NCBI GenBank assembly: GCA_021774615.1
Contig: JAJFIW010000003.1
Location: forward strand, 7,867-71,866
Direction: 5' to 3'
Origin: Alphaproteobacteria bacterium
GTDB lineage: Bacteria > Pseudomonadota > Alphaproteobacteria > UBA1280 > UBA6503
Length of the DNA stretch: 64,000 nt
The notes below the pieces were generated by a model. The model was not told the DNA's origin and did no database searches. It saw only the letters and a list, made by a program, of their open reading frames with translations. Position 1 is the first letter of the stretch. Each line of letters starts with the position of its first letter. The position numbers and the translations under genes were made by a program. Of this stretch, positions 17,306 through 27,904 are shown piece by piece.

Positions 17306-20300
17306 TTAGCTAATAGCGATTTTAATTTTTTGCTTTGTTTTACTATTTGGCAAATGTGCTCCAGGGAGGTGGACTTCGCCAAGTTTTTCTATTTTATCGG
17401 GGTTCTTAAATGCTTCTAGCAGAGTATGTTGTTTTTGTAGAGCTAGTTCTATATGGCGTTCTTTTACATGCCCAAAACCGCGTATTTCTTCGGGGATACG
17501 GGCTAATGCAACGGCTAGTGTATGGTTTTTATTGTTTAGAGCCGTGCAAATTTCGCTAATTAGCTTGATGTAGTCTGTTAGCAATTTACGCTCGGTTTTG
17601 CGTTCGGCTGTATAGTTAAATATATCTAGAGGTGTTCCACGTAAGCCTTTTAATTTAGCAAGAACACGAAATGCTGGTAGCATCCACGAGTTAAACTCCA
17701 TTTTTTGTAGCTCGCCTTTGCTATTCTTTTTAGAAAGCAATGGTGGCGCTAGGTGGAATTTAAGCTTGTAGTCGCCAGTAAATGTATCTTTTAGGCGTTG
17801 CTCAAACTCGCCTGAGGTATATAGGCGTGCTACTTCGTACTCGTCTTTATAGCTCATAAGTTTAAATGCATAGCGGGCTACAGCCTCGGTAAGCATGGTG
17901 CTACCATCTATGGCTTTTTGTTCTGCCTTGGCTACTTTCTCGACTAATTCTTGGTATTTGCTGGCATAGCTAGCATCTTGGTAGCCAGTTAAGTATGTAA
18001 TACGCTTAGAGATTAAGTCCTCGAGTGTTTCAGAGATGCTGTCTTCTTCGATATTATTTGCTTTATGGACAATTTGTTTCACTTGGTTAGGGTCGTGAGC
18101 GGCAAGCCTGCCCCAATTAAACGAGCTAATGTTGCTCTCGACTGCAACCCCGTTAAGAGTAAGAGCTTCGATAATAGATTTATGTGAAACAGGGATTAAA
18201 CCTTGTTGCCAAGCATAACCAAGCATAAACATATTAGTTGCAATAGCGTCACCCATCAGAGTTGTAGCAAGGTGAGTTGCTTCTATAAAAGTGGAGCTAT
18301 CTTTACCAATAGCACCCGCAATTTTTGCCATTGTTTCAGTCTCATGGAAGTTGGTGTCCGGGTCTAGGGTAAAGTTAGCAGTTGGTGTCATGTGGCTATT
18401 AATTATTGCGGTTGTACGCTTAGCCGACATACGGCTTAATGCTTTAGAATTACCAGACACAACCATATCGCAACCTAGAACAAGGTCGGCATTACCAATT
18501 GCAATGCGTACTGCGTGTAAATCTTCTGGGTTCTCGGCAATGCGTAGATGGCTCATTACAGCACCATTTTTTTGTGCTAACCCTGTTTGGTCAAGTATAG
18601 TAACGCCTTTGCCGTCAATATGAGCAGCCATACCCAAAATAGCGCCAATGGTAATAACACCTGTACCGCCAATACCAGTAATCAGCATGTTATAGGAGCC
18701 AGATATATTAGGTATTTTTGGCTCGGGTATTTGGGTAAATTTTTGGCTGCTACTGTCTTGTTTCTCACCTTTTTTAAGTGTGCCACCTTCAACCGTAACA
18801 AAGCTAGGGCAAAAACCATTAGTACAAGAGTAATCTTTATTACAGCTAGATTGGTTAATTTGGCGTTTGCGGCCAAACTCTGTTTCCAGAGGCTCAACTG
18901 CAACACAGTTTGATTTTTCAGAACAATCGCCACAACCTTCGCAAACTAGCGGGTTAATAAAAGCACGTTTTGCTGGGTCTGGGTATTTGCCACGCTTACG
19001 GCGGCGGCGTTTTTCGGCCGCACAAGTTTGGTCATAAATAAGGATAGATGTGCCTTTGGTATCGCGTAGGTCTTTTTGCACGTCTTCTAAACTATCGCGG
19101 TGCTTAATAATAGTCCCGGCTGCAAATTCTGATTTTGAGGTATATTTCTCTGGCTCGTCAGACATTACGTAGATTTTGCTAACACCTTCAGCAGCCATTT
19201 GTTGGCTTACACGCTGTACCGATAATGGGCCTTCAACAGTTTGCCCACCTGTCATGGCGATAACATCGTTATAAAGGATTTTGTAGGTTATATTAACCCC
19301 ACTAGCAACCGCTTGGCGGACTGCTAAACTGCCCGAGTGGTAATAAGTGCCGTCACCAAGGTTTGCAAAAACATGTGGTTCGCTAGTAAATGGCGCATGG
19401 CCAACCCAGTTAACACCCTCGCCACCCATATGGGTGATGATATTAGAGCTACGGTTCATCCATTGTACCATATAGTGGCAGCCAATACCTGCAATAGCAC
19501 GGCTTCCCTCTATAACTTTGGTAGATATATTATGTGGGCAACCAGCGCAGTAATATGGCAAACGTACTACTTTGTCTTCATAGCTTATTTGCTGCTGTTT
19601 TAGAGTTTCTATGTAGGCAGCATTTTTCTTTATGTCTGTATCGTTGAACATTTTCTCGATACGCTTAGCAATAACTTCCGCCACCATTCGTGGGGTGTGT
19701 CCACCAGCAAATGGTAGTAGTTGTTCGCCGGTTTCATCGTACTTACCAACAACAATAGGTTTTTGGTTTGCAGGTAGGTTAAACATTAATGATTTTAGCT
19801 GTTGCTCAATCATTTCACGTTTTTCTTCGACTACTAAAATTTCTTCTAGGCCTTCGGCAAACTCTAGTGCTCCTTGTGGCTCAATCGGCCAGACTAGACC
19901 AACCTTATAGACACGAATACCTAATTTTTCGGCTTTTTTGTGGCTAATCCCAAGGTCATCAAAAGCTTGCAATACATCTTTATAAGATTTACCGCTAGTA
20001 ATAATGCCAAGCCGCGCTTTTTTACTGTCAATTATGGTTTGGTCAACCTTGTTTGCACGAGCATAAGCAATAGCAGCATTTGCCTTGTCTTGGAGGCGCA
20101 TTTCCTGTGCTAGTGGCGGGTCTGGCATCCGAATACTAAGCCCACCCTCGGGTATGCTATGGTCGGTAGGGGTTTGTAGTTTTATGCGGTCGGGCGATGT
20201 TTCGATGCTGGCCGAGCTTTCTACAACTTCGGTAGCGCATTTCATGCTGACCCAGCAACCTGCATAGCGGCTCATGCCCCAGCCAATAAGGCCAAAGTCG

Positions 20301-20845
20301 ATAAATTCTTGCACGGTAGATGGGTATAAAACAGGTACCATTGCTGCTATCATGTCTTGTTCAGACTGGTGGCCTAGGGTTGATGATACGCAGTCGTGGT
20401 CGTCGCCCATAAGTGCTAGCACGCCACCATATTGAGAAGTGCCAGCAGCATTGGCATGTTTAAAAACATCCATGCTGCGGTCAACACCAGGGCCTTTGCC
20501 GTACCACATACCGAATACGCCGTCGTATTTTGCACCTGGAAAAAGGGTTGTTTGCTGTGTTCCCCAAACAGCAGTAGCGCCTAAATCTTCGTTAATACCA
20601 GGGGTGAATTTAATTTGGTGGTTTTCTAGGTATTTACTGGCATAGCTTAACTGCTTGTCGAGCCCCGCTAAAGGAGAGCCACGGTAGCCGCTAACAAAGC
20701 CTGCGGTATTAAGGCCATTTGCCAAGTCCATATCCCGTTGGAGCATTGGTAGGCGGACTAGTGCTTGCGAACCTGAAACAAAAATACGCCCTTTTATGAG
20801 GGTGTATTTATCTTCTAGAGATACTTTGTGTAGACTTTGAGCCAT
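17306..20845 (-). CDS. fused indolepyruvate/2-oxoacid:ferredoxin oxidoreductase family protein (alpha-beta-gamma fusion)
   Basis: 1179 aa. N-terminus DKYTLIKGRIFVSGSQALVRLPMLQ is characteristic of the fused IOR/OFOR family. Contains a TPP-binding region, two 4Fe-4S Cys clusters (CAGCPHN..., CEGCGDCSEKSNC) and a C-terminal gamma-like domain. Confidence 0.8.
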   Translation of the reverse strand: MAQSLHKVSLEDKYTLIKGRIFVSGSQALVRLPMLQRDMDLANGLNTAGFVSGYRGSPLAGLDKQLSYASKYLENHQIKFTPGINEDLGATAVWGTQQTTLFPGAKYDGVFGMWYGKGPGVDRSMDVFKHANAAGTSQYGGVLALMGDDHDCVSSTLGHQSEQDMIAAMVPVLYPSTVQEFIDFGLIGWGMSRYAGCWVSMKCATEVVESSASIETSPDRIKLQTPTDHSIPEGGLSIRMPDPPLAQEMRLQDKANAAIAYARANKVDQTIIDSKKARLGIITSGKSYKDVLQAFDDLGISHKKAEKLGIRVYKVGLVWPIEPQGALEFAEGLEEILVVEEKREMIEQQLKSLMFNLPANQKPIVVGKYDETGEQLLPFAGGHTPRMVAEVIAKRIEKMFNDTDIKKNAAYIETLKQQQISYEDKVVRLPYYCAGCPHNISTKVIEGSRAIAGIGCHYMVQWMNRSSNIITHMGGEGVNWVGHAPFTSEPHVFANLGDGTYYHSGSLAVRQAVASGVNITYKILYNDVIAMTGGQTVEGPLSVQRVSQQMAAEGVSKIYVMSDEPEKYTSKSEFAAGTIIKHRDSLEDVQKDLRDTKGTSILIYDQTCAAEKRRRRKRGKYPDPAKRAFINPLVCEGCGDCSEKSNCVAVEPLETEFGRKRQINQSSCNKDYSCTNGFCPSFVTVEGGTLKKGEKQDSSSQKFTQIPEPKIPNISGSYNMLITGIGGTGVITIGAILGMAAHIDGKGVTILDQTGLAQKNGAVMSHLRIAENPEDLHAVRIAIGNADLVLGCDMVVSGNSKALSRMSAKRTTAIINSHMTPTANFTLDPDTNFHETETMAKIAGAIGKDSSTFIEATHLATTLMGDAIATNMFMLGYAWQQGLIPVSHKSIIEALTLNGVAVESNISSFNWGRLAAHDPNQVKQIVHKANNIEEDSISETLEDLISKRITYLTGYQDASYASKYQELVEKVAKAEQKAIDGSTMLTEAVARYAFKLMSYKDEYEVARLYTSGEFEQRLKDTFTGDYKLKFHLAPPLLSKKNSKGELQKMEFNSWMLPAFRVLAKLKGLRGTPLDIFNYTAERKTERKLLTDYIKLISEICTALNNKNHTLAVALARIPEEIRGFGHVKERHIELALQKQHTLLEAFKNPDKIEKLGEVHLPGAHLPNSKTKQKIKIAIS

Positions 20846-20922
20846 CGTAAGGAGACCTTTTAATCATTCACTTTAAAAGAAAATATACCCAAAGTAATAT
20901 AAATACAAATAATTTTAATATT

Positions 20923-22710
20923 TTAAGCTGCAGGGCACTCTTGAGCGCGAGTTAGCATTTTTTGTGGGGCGTCTATTCCAAGTAAGTCTAGGCAAACTAA
21001 TTGGTGGTGTTTTACCAATGCTGCAAGGGTTAAACGAGATTGGCGGATGGAGGTGTTTTCTTCTCCTAAAACTTGGCACGCACTATAAAAAGTAGAGAAT
21101 TTTTGTGCAACTGTATAAACCTGCTCGCATAGTGCGCTTGGCTCGAGGCGATCTATAGAACGAGTAAGAGAATCTGCAAAAGATGTTATAGCTAAAACTA
21201 GCTCACGCTCGGTTTTATGAGTAATAATAATTGGTTGGTTGTATTCGGTCTCGGAGGCTTTATCGAATAATGAGTTAACCCGTGCTACAGAATATTGTAA
21301 ATAAGGCCCTGTTTTACCTTCAAAACGAGAGAATTGCTCAAGGTCGAAGATATAATCGGTATTGCGATTATTATGTAAATCTTGGAATTTAATAGTAGCA
21401 ACACCTATTTGCTTTGCTAAATGGTCAAGATCTTTATCTGACATTTCAGGTGATGTTTCGGGGAGTCTTTCTCGTGCTTTATTAATAGCATCTTGTAATA
21501 AATCTTCTAGCTTTGGTGGGGCACCTGTACGGCTCTTTAGTGGTGTGCCGTCAGGTCCATTAATGGTACCAAATGGTGCATATGCAAGCTCGCAATTTTC
21601 TGCATATTTTGCACGTTTGCTTGCTTCAAACACTTGCTGGAAGTGCTGGCTTTGGCGACGGTCTACAACATAGATAATTTTATCTGCATGGAGTTGCTCT
21701 GTGCGCTGCTTAATAGTTGCAAGGTCGGTTGTGCCATAAGTATAGCCACCGTCAGATTTCTCTAGCATGAGGGGTGGTATATTTTCAATGTCGGCAAAAG
21801 GAAAAACAATTGCTCCTTGGCTTCTTTCGGCTAATCCTGCTGTTTGTAGCTCTGTAACCATGGGCTCGAGGATGTTGCGGGTGTCACTTTCGCCTAGCCA
21901 TAAATCAAAAAATACATTTAGGCTCGCAAAATTTTCTTTTGCGGCTGTAAAAGACTCTTTGCGTAGTAATTTCCATAAAGCCATATAGCCTGCATGCCCA
22001 TCTTGTAGGGCTGCGGCTGTTAGGCGAGCTTGTTGGCGTACTTCTTCATCTTCTTTACCACGAGCTGCAGACTTGCGGTAGATTTCGCCAATTTGATCGA
22101 TATTAAGTGGGCTAACAGTTGGGAAGTCTGTAGTGCTGTTTGTATCAAAAAATGGTAGATTTGGTTGCTCATGCTCAATTTCAGCAATAATCATACCCAT
22201 TGGCATGCCCCAGTCACCAAAGTGAACATCACCTAGTGCATCGTGGCCAGCAAAGCAAAGCATACGGCGGATGCTCTCGCCAATAATAGCAGGACGAAGA
22301 TGGCCTGTATGCATAGGTTTGCCCATATTAGGCCCACCATAGTCGATAATAATTTTGCAAGGGTCTTTTACTTTAGCAAACCCAAGAGTAGTGCTATTTA
22401 GTAGCTGTTGGGCATGCTCTACTAAAAAAGTATCGGTTAGCTTTAGGTTTATAAAGCCAGCACCAGCAATCGATACTTCAGAAAATATTTCTTTAGCTTC
22501 GGTGAGGTTATTTAATTCGTCTACTAGGGCATTAGCAATTTCACGAGGGTTTTTACCTAGTGGTTTTGCTAATGCTAGTGCACCATTACATTGATAGTCT
22601 GCCAACTCTGGGCGGTTTGATGGCACCACAACTGCGTGCTTAACGTCGAGCCCTTGGTTTTCAAAGGCAGTATGGAGGAATTTGTTTAGGGTATCTGATA
22701 TTGCTAACAT
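20923..22710 (-). CDS. argS: arginine--tRNA ligase
   Basis: 595 aa with the class I HIGH-type motif PNMGKPMHTGHLR and an anticodon-binding C-terminal domain. Confidence 0.9.
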   Translation of the reverse strand: MLAISDTLNKFLHTAFENQGLDVKHAVVVPSNRPELADYQCNGALALAKPLGKNPREIANALVDELNNLTEAKEIFSEVSIAGAGFINLKLTDTFLVEHAQQLLNSTTLGFAKVKDPCKIIIDYGGPNMGKPMHTGHLRPAIIGESIRRMLCFAGHDALGDVHFGDWGMPMGMIIAEIEHEQPNLPFFDTNSTTDFPTVSPLNIDQIGEIYRKSAARGKEDEEVRQQARLTAAALQDGHAGYMALWKLLRKESFTAAKENFASLNVFFDLWLGESDTRNILEPMVTELQTAGLAERSQGAIVFPFADIENIPPLMLEKSDGGYTYGTTDLATIKQRTEQLHADKIIYVVDRRQSQHFQQVFEASKRAKYAENCELAYAPFGTINGPDGTPLKSRTGAPPKLEDLLQDAINKARERLPETSPEMSDKDLDHLAKQIGVATIKFQDLHNNRNTDYIFDLEQFSRFEGKTGPYLQYSVARVNSLFDKASETEYNQPIIITHKTERELVLAITSFADSLTRSIDRLEPSALCEQVYTVAQKFSTFYSACQVLGEENTSIRQSRLTLAALVKHHQLVCLDLLGIDAPQKMLTRAQECPAA

Positions 22711-22771
22711 AATAGCGGTAGATTACGTCTACTCACCTACATAATCAAGACATTTTGTTAAATATCTAGTA

Positions 22772-23521
22772 GTGGTTAGATGCGATGCATCTTTTAAGTG
22801 TGAATATTATACTATACTACCAAAGGTTGAATATGCTAAACTTACTAGTATGAGGTATAATGATAGTAAAAATAATCAGCTTTTATTAAATGTAGGTCAT
22901 ATGTTGCATGATGCTATAGCTCCGCAGATTTTTATTAGTAGAATGCAGATGGAGGTATTTATTAATAGCTTTGAAGAAGACGAACTCTCAGAAAAGCAGC
23001 AGAAGGTACTTCATACTGTATGGGGTAATCTTGACTTAGGTTATAAAAATATTCGTAAGGTTATAAGCGGTATCCATGAGGGGAACATTGGAGATGAAGA
23101 TTTATTATTTCCAACAATAGAAGAGTCTATAAGCTCATTTAAAATATTATTACCTATTAAAATAGACTCAGAGTTAGATTATTTAGATGAAGTAACCAAT
23201 AAGCGTTTAGGCGTATGTTTATTTGAATTATTAACAAATGCATACAAATACACAAAGTTGTCAGATGTTGATATTTGTGTTTCTCTGCGTCATGATAATA
23301 ATATGGTTTGTATGACCGTAGCCGTTATTGGGGAAAGTGGCTACTGTGATAATACTAAAGAAGGGGGAGGAAAAGGTCTGTATTTAATGGCACAAAGAGT
23401 GTCGCAATGGCAGGGGGTTCAGACTATAACAACCGATGGTACTGCATATAGGTGTGTTGAAATTAAATTACCAATGCCAGTGGTATCTATTTGTAATATA
23501 GGATTTCTAGAAAATGAATAA
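22772..23521 (+). CDS. sensor-less histidine kinase (HisKA_3-like H-box + HATPase_c)
   Basis: H-box-like VGHMLHDAIAPQI, N-box LFELLTNAYKYT and a G-rich GGGKGLYLM segment; no TM or sensor domain. The track start is GTG; the true start is probably at MRYNDS (~22850). Overlaps the downstream response regulator by 8 nt. Confidence 0.6.
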   Translation: MVRCDASFKCEYYTILPKVEYAKLTSMRYNDSKNNQLLLNVGHMLHDAIAPQIFISRMQMEVFINSFEEDELSEKQQKVLHTVWGNLDLGYKNIRKVISGIHEGNIGDEDLLFPTIEESISSFKILLPIKIDSELDYLDEVTNKRLGVCLFELLTNAYKYTKLSDVDICVSLRHDNNMVCMTVAVIGESGYCDNTKEGGGKGLYLMAQRVSQWQGVQTITTDGTAYRCVEIKLPMPVVSICNIGFLENE

Positions 23522-24188
23522 GAATAACTCTAAGAACACAGATTTACCAAGTATCCTTATAGTGGATGATCACCGAATGCTTGCAGAAAGTATCGGTTTA
23601 TCATTAGAAGAAGAAGGGTTTGGGGAAATTAGTATTGCAAATAGCTCTGAAGAAGCTATTGCAATGATTACTGAAGACCATCCCGACATAATTATTAGCG
23701 ATGTTTCTATGCCAGAACAAGATGGGTTTAACCTTGCTCGTCAAGTCAAAAGGTATTGGCCAAATATTAAAATACTGTTTTTAACAATGCACGGCTCTAC
23801 GGATTATATTTATGATGCAATGTCTAGTGGTGCTCAGGGGTATGTAAATAAAACAGCGTCAATAAAGTCTTTAGTACGTACAATTTCGCTTATTGCTGAT
23901 GGAGAGTCTGTTTTCCCTGCTGAGTGTTTACAAAACTACCATAGTGAAAATCGGGGCAAAAATACTAATTCATTACACCTTACAGGGAGAGAACAAGAAA
24001 TTCTTGCTCAGTTAGGTGAGGGGTTATCCAATAAAGAAATAGCGCGTATGCTTGATATGGCAGAAGGTACTGTTAAGGTTCATGTAAAAACAGTTCTAAA
24101 GAAATTGGGTGCTAAAAATAGAACACAAGCAGCTATTTATGCGCATGAGCAAGGGTATAATTCATTATTAGCTATTTCTAGTAAATAG
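23514..24188 (+). CDS. LuxR/NarL-family response regulator (REC + LuxR HTH)
   Basis: ILIVDDHRML ... phospho-acceptor in IISDVSMP; C-terminal LTGREQEILAQLGEGLSNKEIARMLDMAEGTVKVHVKTVLKKLGAKNRTQA is a LuxR-type HTH. Confidence 0.8.
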   Translation: MNKNNSKNTDLPSILIVDDHRMLAESIGLSLEEEGFGEISIANSSEEAIAMITEDHPDIIISDVSMPEQDGFNLARQVKRYWPNIKILFLTMHGSTDYIYDAMSSGAQGYVNKTASIKSLVRTISLIADGESVFPAECLQNYHSENRGKNTNSLHLTGREQEILAQLGEGLSNKEIARMLDMAEGTVKVHVKTVLKKLGAKNRTQAAIYAHEQGYNSLLAISSK

Positions 24189-24250
24189 CTGCATTTTAAG
24201 TGAGTGATGTGCCTTTGTGAACATGTTTACAGAAATTACTATATCCAGAG

Positions 24251-26515
24251 TTATTTAGGCATATTAGCTATATCCTGTAGGCTTGTATTACTATCCGTTT
24301 GGCCATAATCAGGGTCATTATCCATTATATCTTCAGCATAAGATTTTAAGGAAGATGATATTGAGCGGCCTTTACGAATAGCCAAAAACCCCCCACTAAT
24401 AAGAACACTTACTATTATAACTAGTATAAATGTTTTAGCACCTTGCTCAAAAGTATCGGACGATGCAGTAATGGCAAATGCAGCCAGAGACGCTGGAATA
24501 ATAATTAAGAAGAACCACCACATCTCAGCAAATAATTTTTGTAAATAATCTTGGTTATTAGTGGACGCCTGCTGGCTTTTGTCTTGCATGTTGGTATATC
24601 TTTTCCATGCTTTGTTTTGGCGTTCTTTAATTCCATAAGTTTTGTCATATAACAGTTCATAGGCTCCTTCAAAAGCAGCTTGTATTTCTCTTGTACTGGC
24701 AAATGCCCCAGCTCTGGCACGTTGCTCTATTATATCTGAAATAAGCAGCCCTTGCGGCCGCCCTACACCCCACACTTGGTAGTGCGATTTTAATGATGGA
24801 GCCATAGGGGCAAATGTAGTTTGTGTAAAAGAACGTTTAATACCAACTTCCATTAAGTTTTCGTAATTAAATGGTGTTTGGTAATAATGGCTAAGAGACC
24901 ATTTCTCTTTATCTATTATCTTAGTTTCTTCTTGTTTTAGTTCTGCTAATGCTTTCTCATATTCTTCTAAAACAGGTTTTTCGTCTATAACTAACCAATT
25001 TGGTATTGACTCTGGCATAAAAGATGCCGCTTTAAAATTAAGCTTTGCTACCCATAAAGGCCAATATTCACCTATTTTTAGTTCTTTTTCGCGGAGTATC
25101 CGGTCTAGCGTCTCTGTTGGTCCATATTGTCTGCCATCAAGCGATGTGTTTGTTAGTATATCGCTAAGCTCTGGTATTGGGATATGCTTTATACACTCTT
25201 GTAGTAGATGTTTATTAATAGTCCACATATGTGCGGTATTTTTCTTTTCATCTTCTAAGGTGTTTTTACTAATAGTTTCATGAAAAGAGGCTAAGTTGTT
25301 TTGGATTATCCTTATAGTTTCTTGTACTTCTTTTAGTGGTTCAAATAGAATACGTGTGTCTTCTTTTTCATTAAAAAGAAGAGACAAAATCTTTTGTTCG
25401 AAAAATAAGCAGTATAATAACCCACCACCTAAAGCACATTCGGCAAACTCTTTTATGGCGATTATTTCTTCTTTTTGCCATTTATTATGGTTTGTCATAG
25501 ATAGAAGAATCATAGACTTTACATAGATAATATAATCATCATTATCTAATTCTTGTATCTCTGGTATTTTGTAAAGTGCATGTTCTCTTAATAAGCTAAT
25601 GGTTTTGTCTGGAGCAAAGGCACTGTCTGTTGCAATATAATGGTATTTAAATCGGCGCAGTATATTAGCATTAAATTTTTTGCTATCTGATGCTGCCTTT
25701 TTACCTTCTTGCCTTGCTTCTGGTAAAAATTTATTATTACCATGGGCTGTACGGTGGTACAAAATATTTGCTAGTACAAAAGATAACAACCTATTGTGCG
25801 GGTCTTCATTCCTAATATTTTTTAGAATTGTTAAAGAATCTGCTGCGCGACCTTCTTGATATACTTGGATAGCACGTTGTATTTTTTGTACAGTAATAGT
25901 TGTTGTTTGGTAATCAGAAGGGTTTGCTCGGGCTAGGTCTGTTTCATGGCTTAACATCCTAGATAATAACTGCCCATCAAGACCAATTTCTTCTTTGGTA
26001 GTATTATCAAACCTTGATAGTGCTGTTTTTGGGAAAAATTCTGATTTTAGATTAAGTCCAGCTAGGCATAAGCCTGTAGTGTGCTGTTTTTCGTTGATAG
26101 AACTAGGCAAAGGGGCAATAGCCCGTAGAATAAACTGAGTGAGAGGAGCACTTAAATCTGGAGGAGGAGGCGTTAAGTCATCCTTTTTAAGGCTTTCTAA
26201 CTCTTCATTTTCTTCAATTTCATCATCAGCAGGACTATGACTTTCTAATGTCTTTATGGTGTCTCTATGTAACTGAATTCTAGGGTCTTCAGTTGGTATA
26301 TAAGAAACTCTATCTACTTGGACTGCTGCAAGTAGCATTCTTCCAATAGCAATGCTTTCTTCTGGAAGCTCGGTGGGTATGTTCTCTATACCTGCGATTG
26401 GCTGTGCAGTACGGCGTTTAACGTAAGCAGAATGCTGCTTTTTTAGCATAACCTTTGTTTTATTTAGAGTGCTTTTAAGAGCTACCATTTTGCTACCTTT
26501 TTTGTAGCCTCGCAT
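24251..26515 (-). CDS. large hypothetical protein with C-terminal membrane anchor (two TM helices)
   Basis: 754 aa, AT-rich codon usage, a proline-rich segment (LTPPPPDLSAPL), no recognisable catalytic motif, and two hydrophobic helices near the C-terminus (WWFFLIIIPASLAAFAI...FILVIIVSVLISGGFLAI). Confidence 0.55.
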   Translation of the reverse strand: MRGYKKGSKMVALKSTLNKTKVMLKKQHSAYVKRRTAQPIAGIENIPTELPEESIAIGRMLLAAVQVDRVSYIPTEDPRIQLHRDTIKTLESHSPADDEIEENEELESLKKDDLTPPPPDLSAPLTQFILRAIAPLPSSINEKQHTTGLCLAGLNLKSEFFPKTALSRFDNTTKEEIGLDGQLLSRMLSHETDLARANPSDYQTTTITVQKIQRAIQVYQEGRAADSLTILKNIRNEDPHNRLLSFVLANILYHRTAHGNNKFLPEARQEGKKAASDSKKFNANILRRFKYHYIATDSAFAPDKTISLLREHALYKIPEIQELDNDDYIIYVKSMILLSMTNHNKWQKEEIIAIKEFAECALGGGLLYCLFFEQKILSLLFNEKEDTRILFEPLKEVQETIRIIQNNLASFHETISKNTLEDEKKNTAHMWTINKHLLQECIKHIPIPELSDILTNTSLDGRQYGPTETLDRILREKELKIGEYWPLWVAKLNFKAASFMPESIPNWLVIDEKPVLEEYEKALAELKQEETKIIDKEKWSLSHYYQTPFNYENLMEVGIKRSFTQTTFAPMAPSLKSHYQVWGVGRPQGLLISDIIEQRARAGAFASTREIQAAFEGAYELLYDKTYGIKERQNKAWKRYTNMQDKSQQASTNNQDYLQKLFAEMWWFFLIIIPASLAAFAITASSDTFEQGAKTFILVIIVSVLISGGFLAIRKGRSISSSLKSYAEDIMDNDPDYGQTDSNTSLQDIANMPK

Positions 26516-26521
26516 AAAATG

Positions 26522-27373
26522 TTACTTGTCATGAGCAGGCTCCTCAAGTGATGCAATATTGATTTTTTTACGGTGCAGCTCGTAAAGGATTAGGTCATTT
26601 AATGCATCAAATGGGATGCTAGCTCCTATCTGAATCCCATTAACAAGCATAATTGGTAGTTTCCCTAGTTTTATGGACTTATTTAGAGATGCATCAGCAT
26701 CAATCTCACGGTATACATCTCTTGCGTTTAGGCGCACCATTTGTTGTGAGTTCCTAATAGCAAGCCCTGCATTTTTTAAAGCCAGTAATAGAGTTTCATC
26801 ATCCTGAACTTTAACCTGACTAAGCTCTTCTCTGAATTTCCAAAATAGTCCATGACGATTGGCAATTTTACTATAAAAAGCAGCTAGGTTATCAGTTGCA
26901 AAAGGGTTGTCAGATGCATGTTTATGTATATGGCGAATATGGTTAGGGTATTTGTCCATTAATTCTTTAATAATAGGCGTTATATTTGAGCAGCTTGTGC
27001 AGCCTATATTACTAAATTCGATAATTGTTATAGGTGCTTTTAAGTTGCCAGCCATGGGGTTGTGTTGGTAAATAGGAACATGGATTCTTCTAATAAGACT
27101 ATCTTTTGCTGCAATGTCAGACAGCGACTTAGGTAAATTATTAAATACTTCGCCTTTATGGATCTCTTGTTTTTTTATTTCAGGGTTCTGATTAAATGAG
27201 GTAACCCTTGCTAGTACTCTTGCACGGTCTTCTTCTGTAACTGTTGGCTCTGTCTTTTTTTGTGCAGCAGCTTCTGCAAAAGGTACGTATACCATCCACG
27301 AAAATGCCACAATGGTTTGTAAAAAAATAACTTTATACATATAATTTATTTTTAACAGAACCATATCCCCCAT
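26522..27373 (-). CDS. thioredoxin-fold protein, DsbA-like (CxxC = CTSC)
   Basis: N-terminal signal/anchor, then ITIIEFSNIGCTSCSNITPIIKEL, typical of the DsbA-like thiol:disulfide oxidoreductase fold. Seven nt downstream of the 754-aa gene on the same strand. Confidence 0.5.
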   Translation of the reverse strand: MGDMVLLKINYMYKVIFLQTIVAFSWMVYVPFAEAAAQKKTEPTVTEEDRARVLARVTSFNQNPEIKKQEIHKGEVFNNLPKSLSDIAAKDSLIRRIHVPIYQHNPMAGNLKAPITIIEFSNIGCTSCSNITPIIKELMDKYPNHIRHIHKHASDNPFATDNLAAFYSKIANRHGLFWKFREELSQVKVQDDETLLLALKNAGLAIRNSQQMVRLNARDVYREIDADASLNKSIKLGKLPIMLVNGIQIGASIPFDALNDLILYELHRKKINIASLEEPAHDK

Positions 27374-27559
27374 ACTTATTCTTATTAATGTGTTTTCCCC
27401 GACAATACCTTATCAGTGTCGGCACAAATAATAAAATGTCAGATTATTAATAATAATACGTTTAATATATAAAATAGTTACGTGTAGTTGCAAAATAGCC
27501 CTATTTAAGCTAAATATAGCGATGTACTTTAATTATCTTAAGTAATAAGGAATACTGAC

Positions 27560-27904
27560 ATGACATTTGTGGTGACAGAAGAATGCATTAAATGCAAATA
27601 CACCGATTGCGTAAGCGTATGCCCTGTGGATTGCTTTTATGAGGGTGAAAACATGTTAGTTATTGACCCTGACGAATGCATAGACTGCGGTGTATGCGAG
27701 CCAGAATGCCCTGTAGAAGCTATTAAAAGCGATGAAGAGCTTGCCGCTGGTGAAGAGAAATGGCTGGTATTAAATACTAAATACTCAGCTTTATGGCCAA
27801 ACCTTACAGTAGCAAAGGCTGCACCTGCTGATGCTGATGAATGGGCGGAGAAAAAAGACAAGGCTGGTGAGTTCTCAGAAAAGCCAGGTGAAGGAAACCT
27901 TTAA
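27560..27904 (+). CDS. fdxA: 7Fe ferredoxin (FdxA type)
   Basis: [55 protein letters not shown] carries the CxxCxxxCP + CxxCxxCxxxCP cluster ligands. AAGGAATA RBS upstream. Confidence 0.85.
   Translation: MTFVVTEECIKCKYTDCVSVCPVDCFYEGENMLVIDPDECIDCGVCEPECPVEAIKSDEELAAGEEKWLVLNTKYSALWPNLTVAKAAPADADEWAEKKDKAGEFSEKPGEGNL

Noticed and set aside
16583-20645. Multiple 60–170-aa plus-strand ORFs (for example 16583..17086, 18291..18623, 18587..18913, 19337..19603, 19632..19910) inside the ACAD and IOR genes
   Set aside because: They are antisense shadow ORFs within long, well-supported coding regions and have no independent signals.
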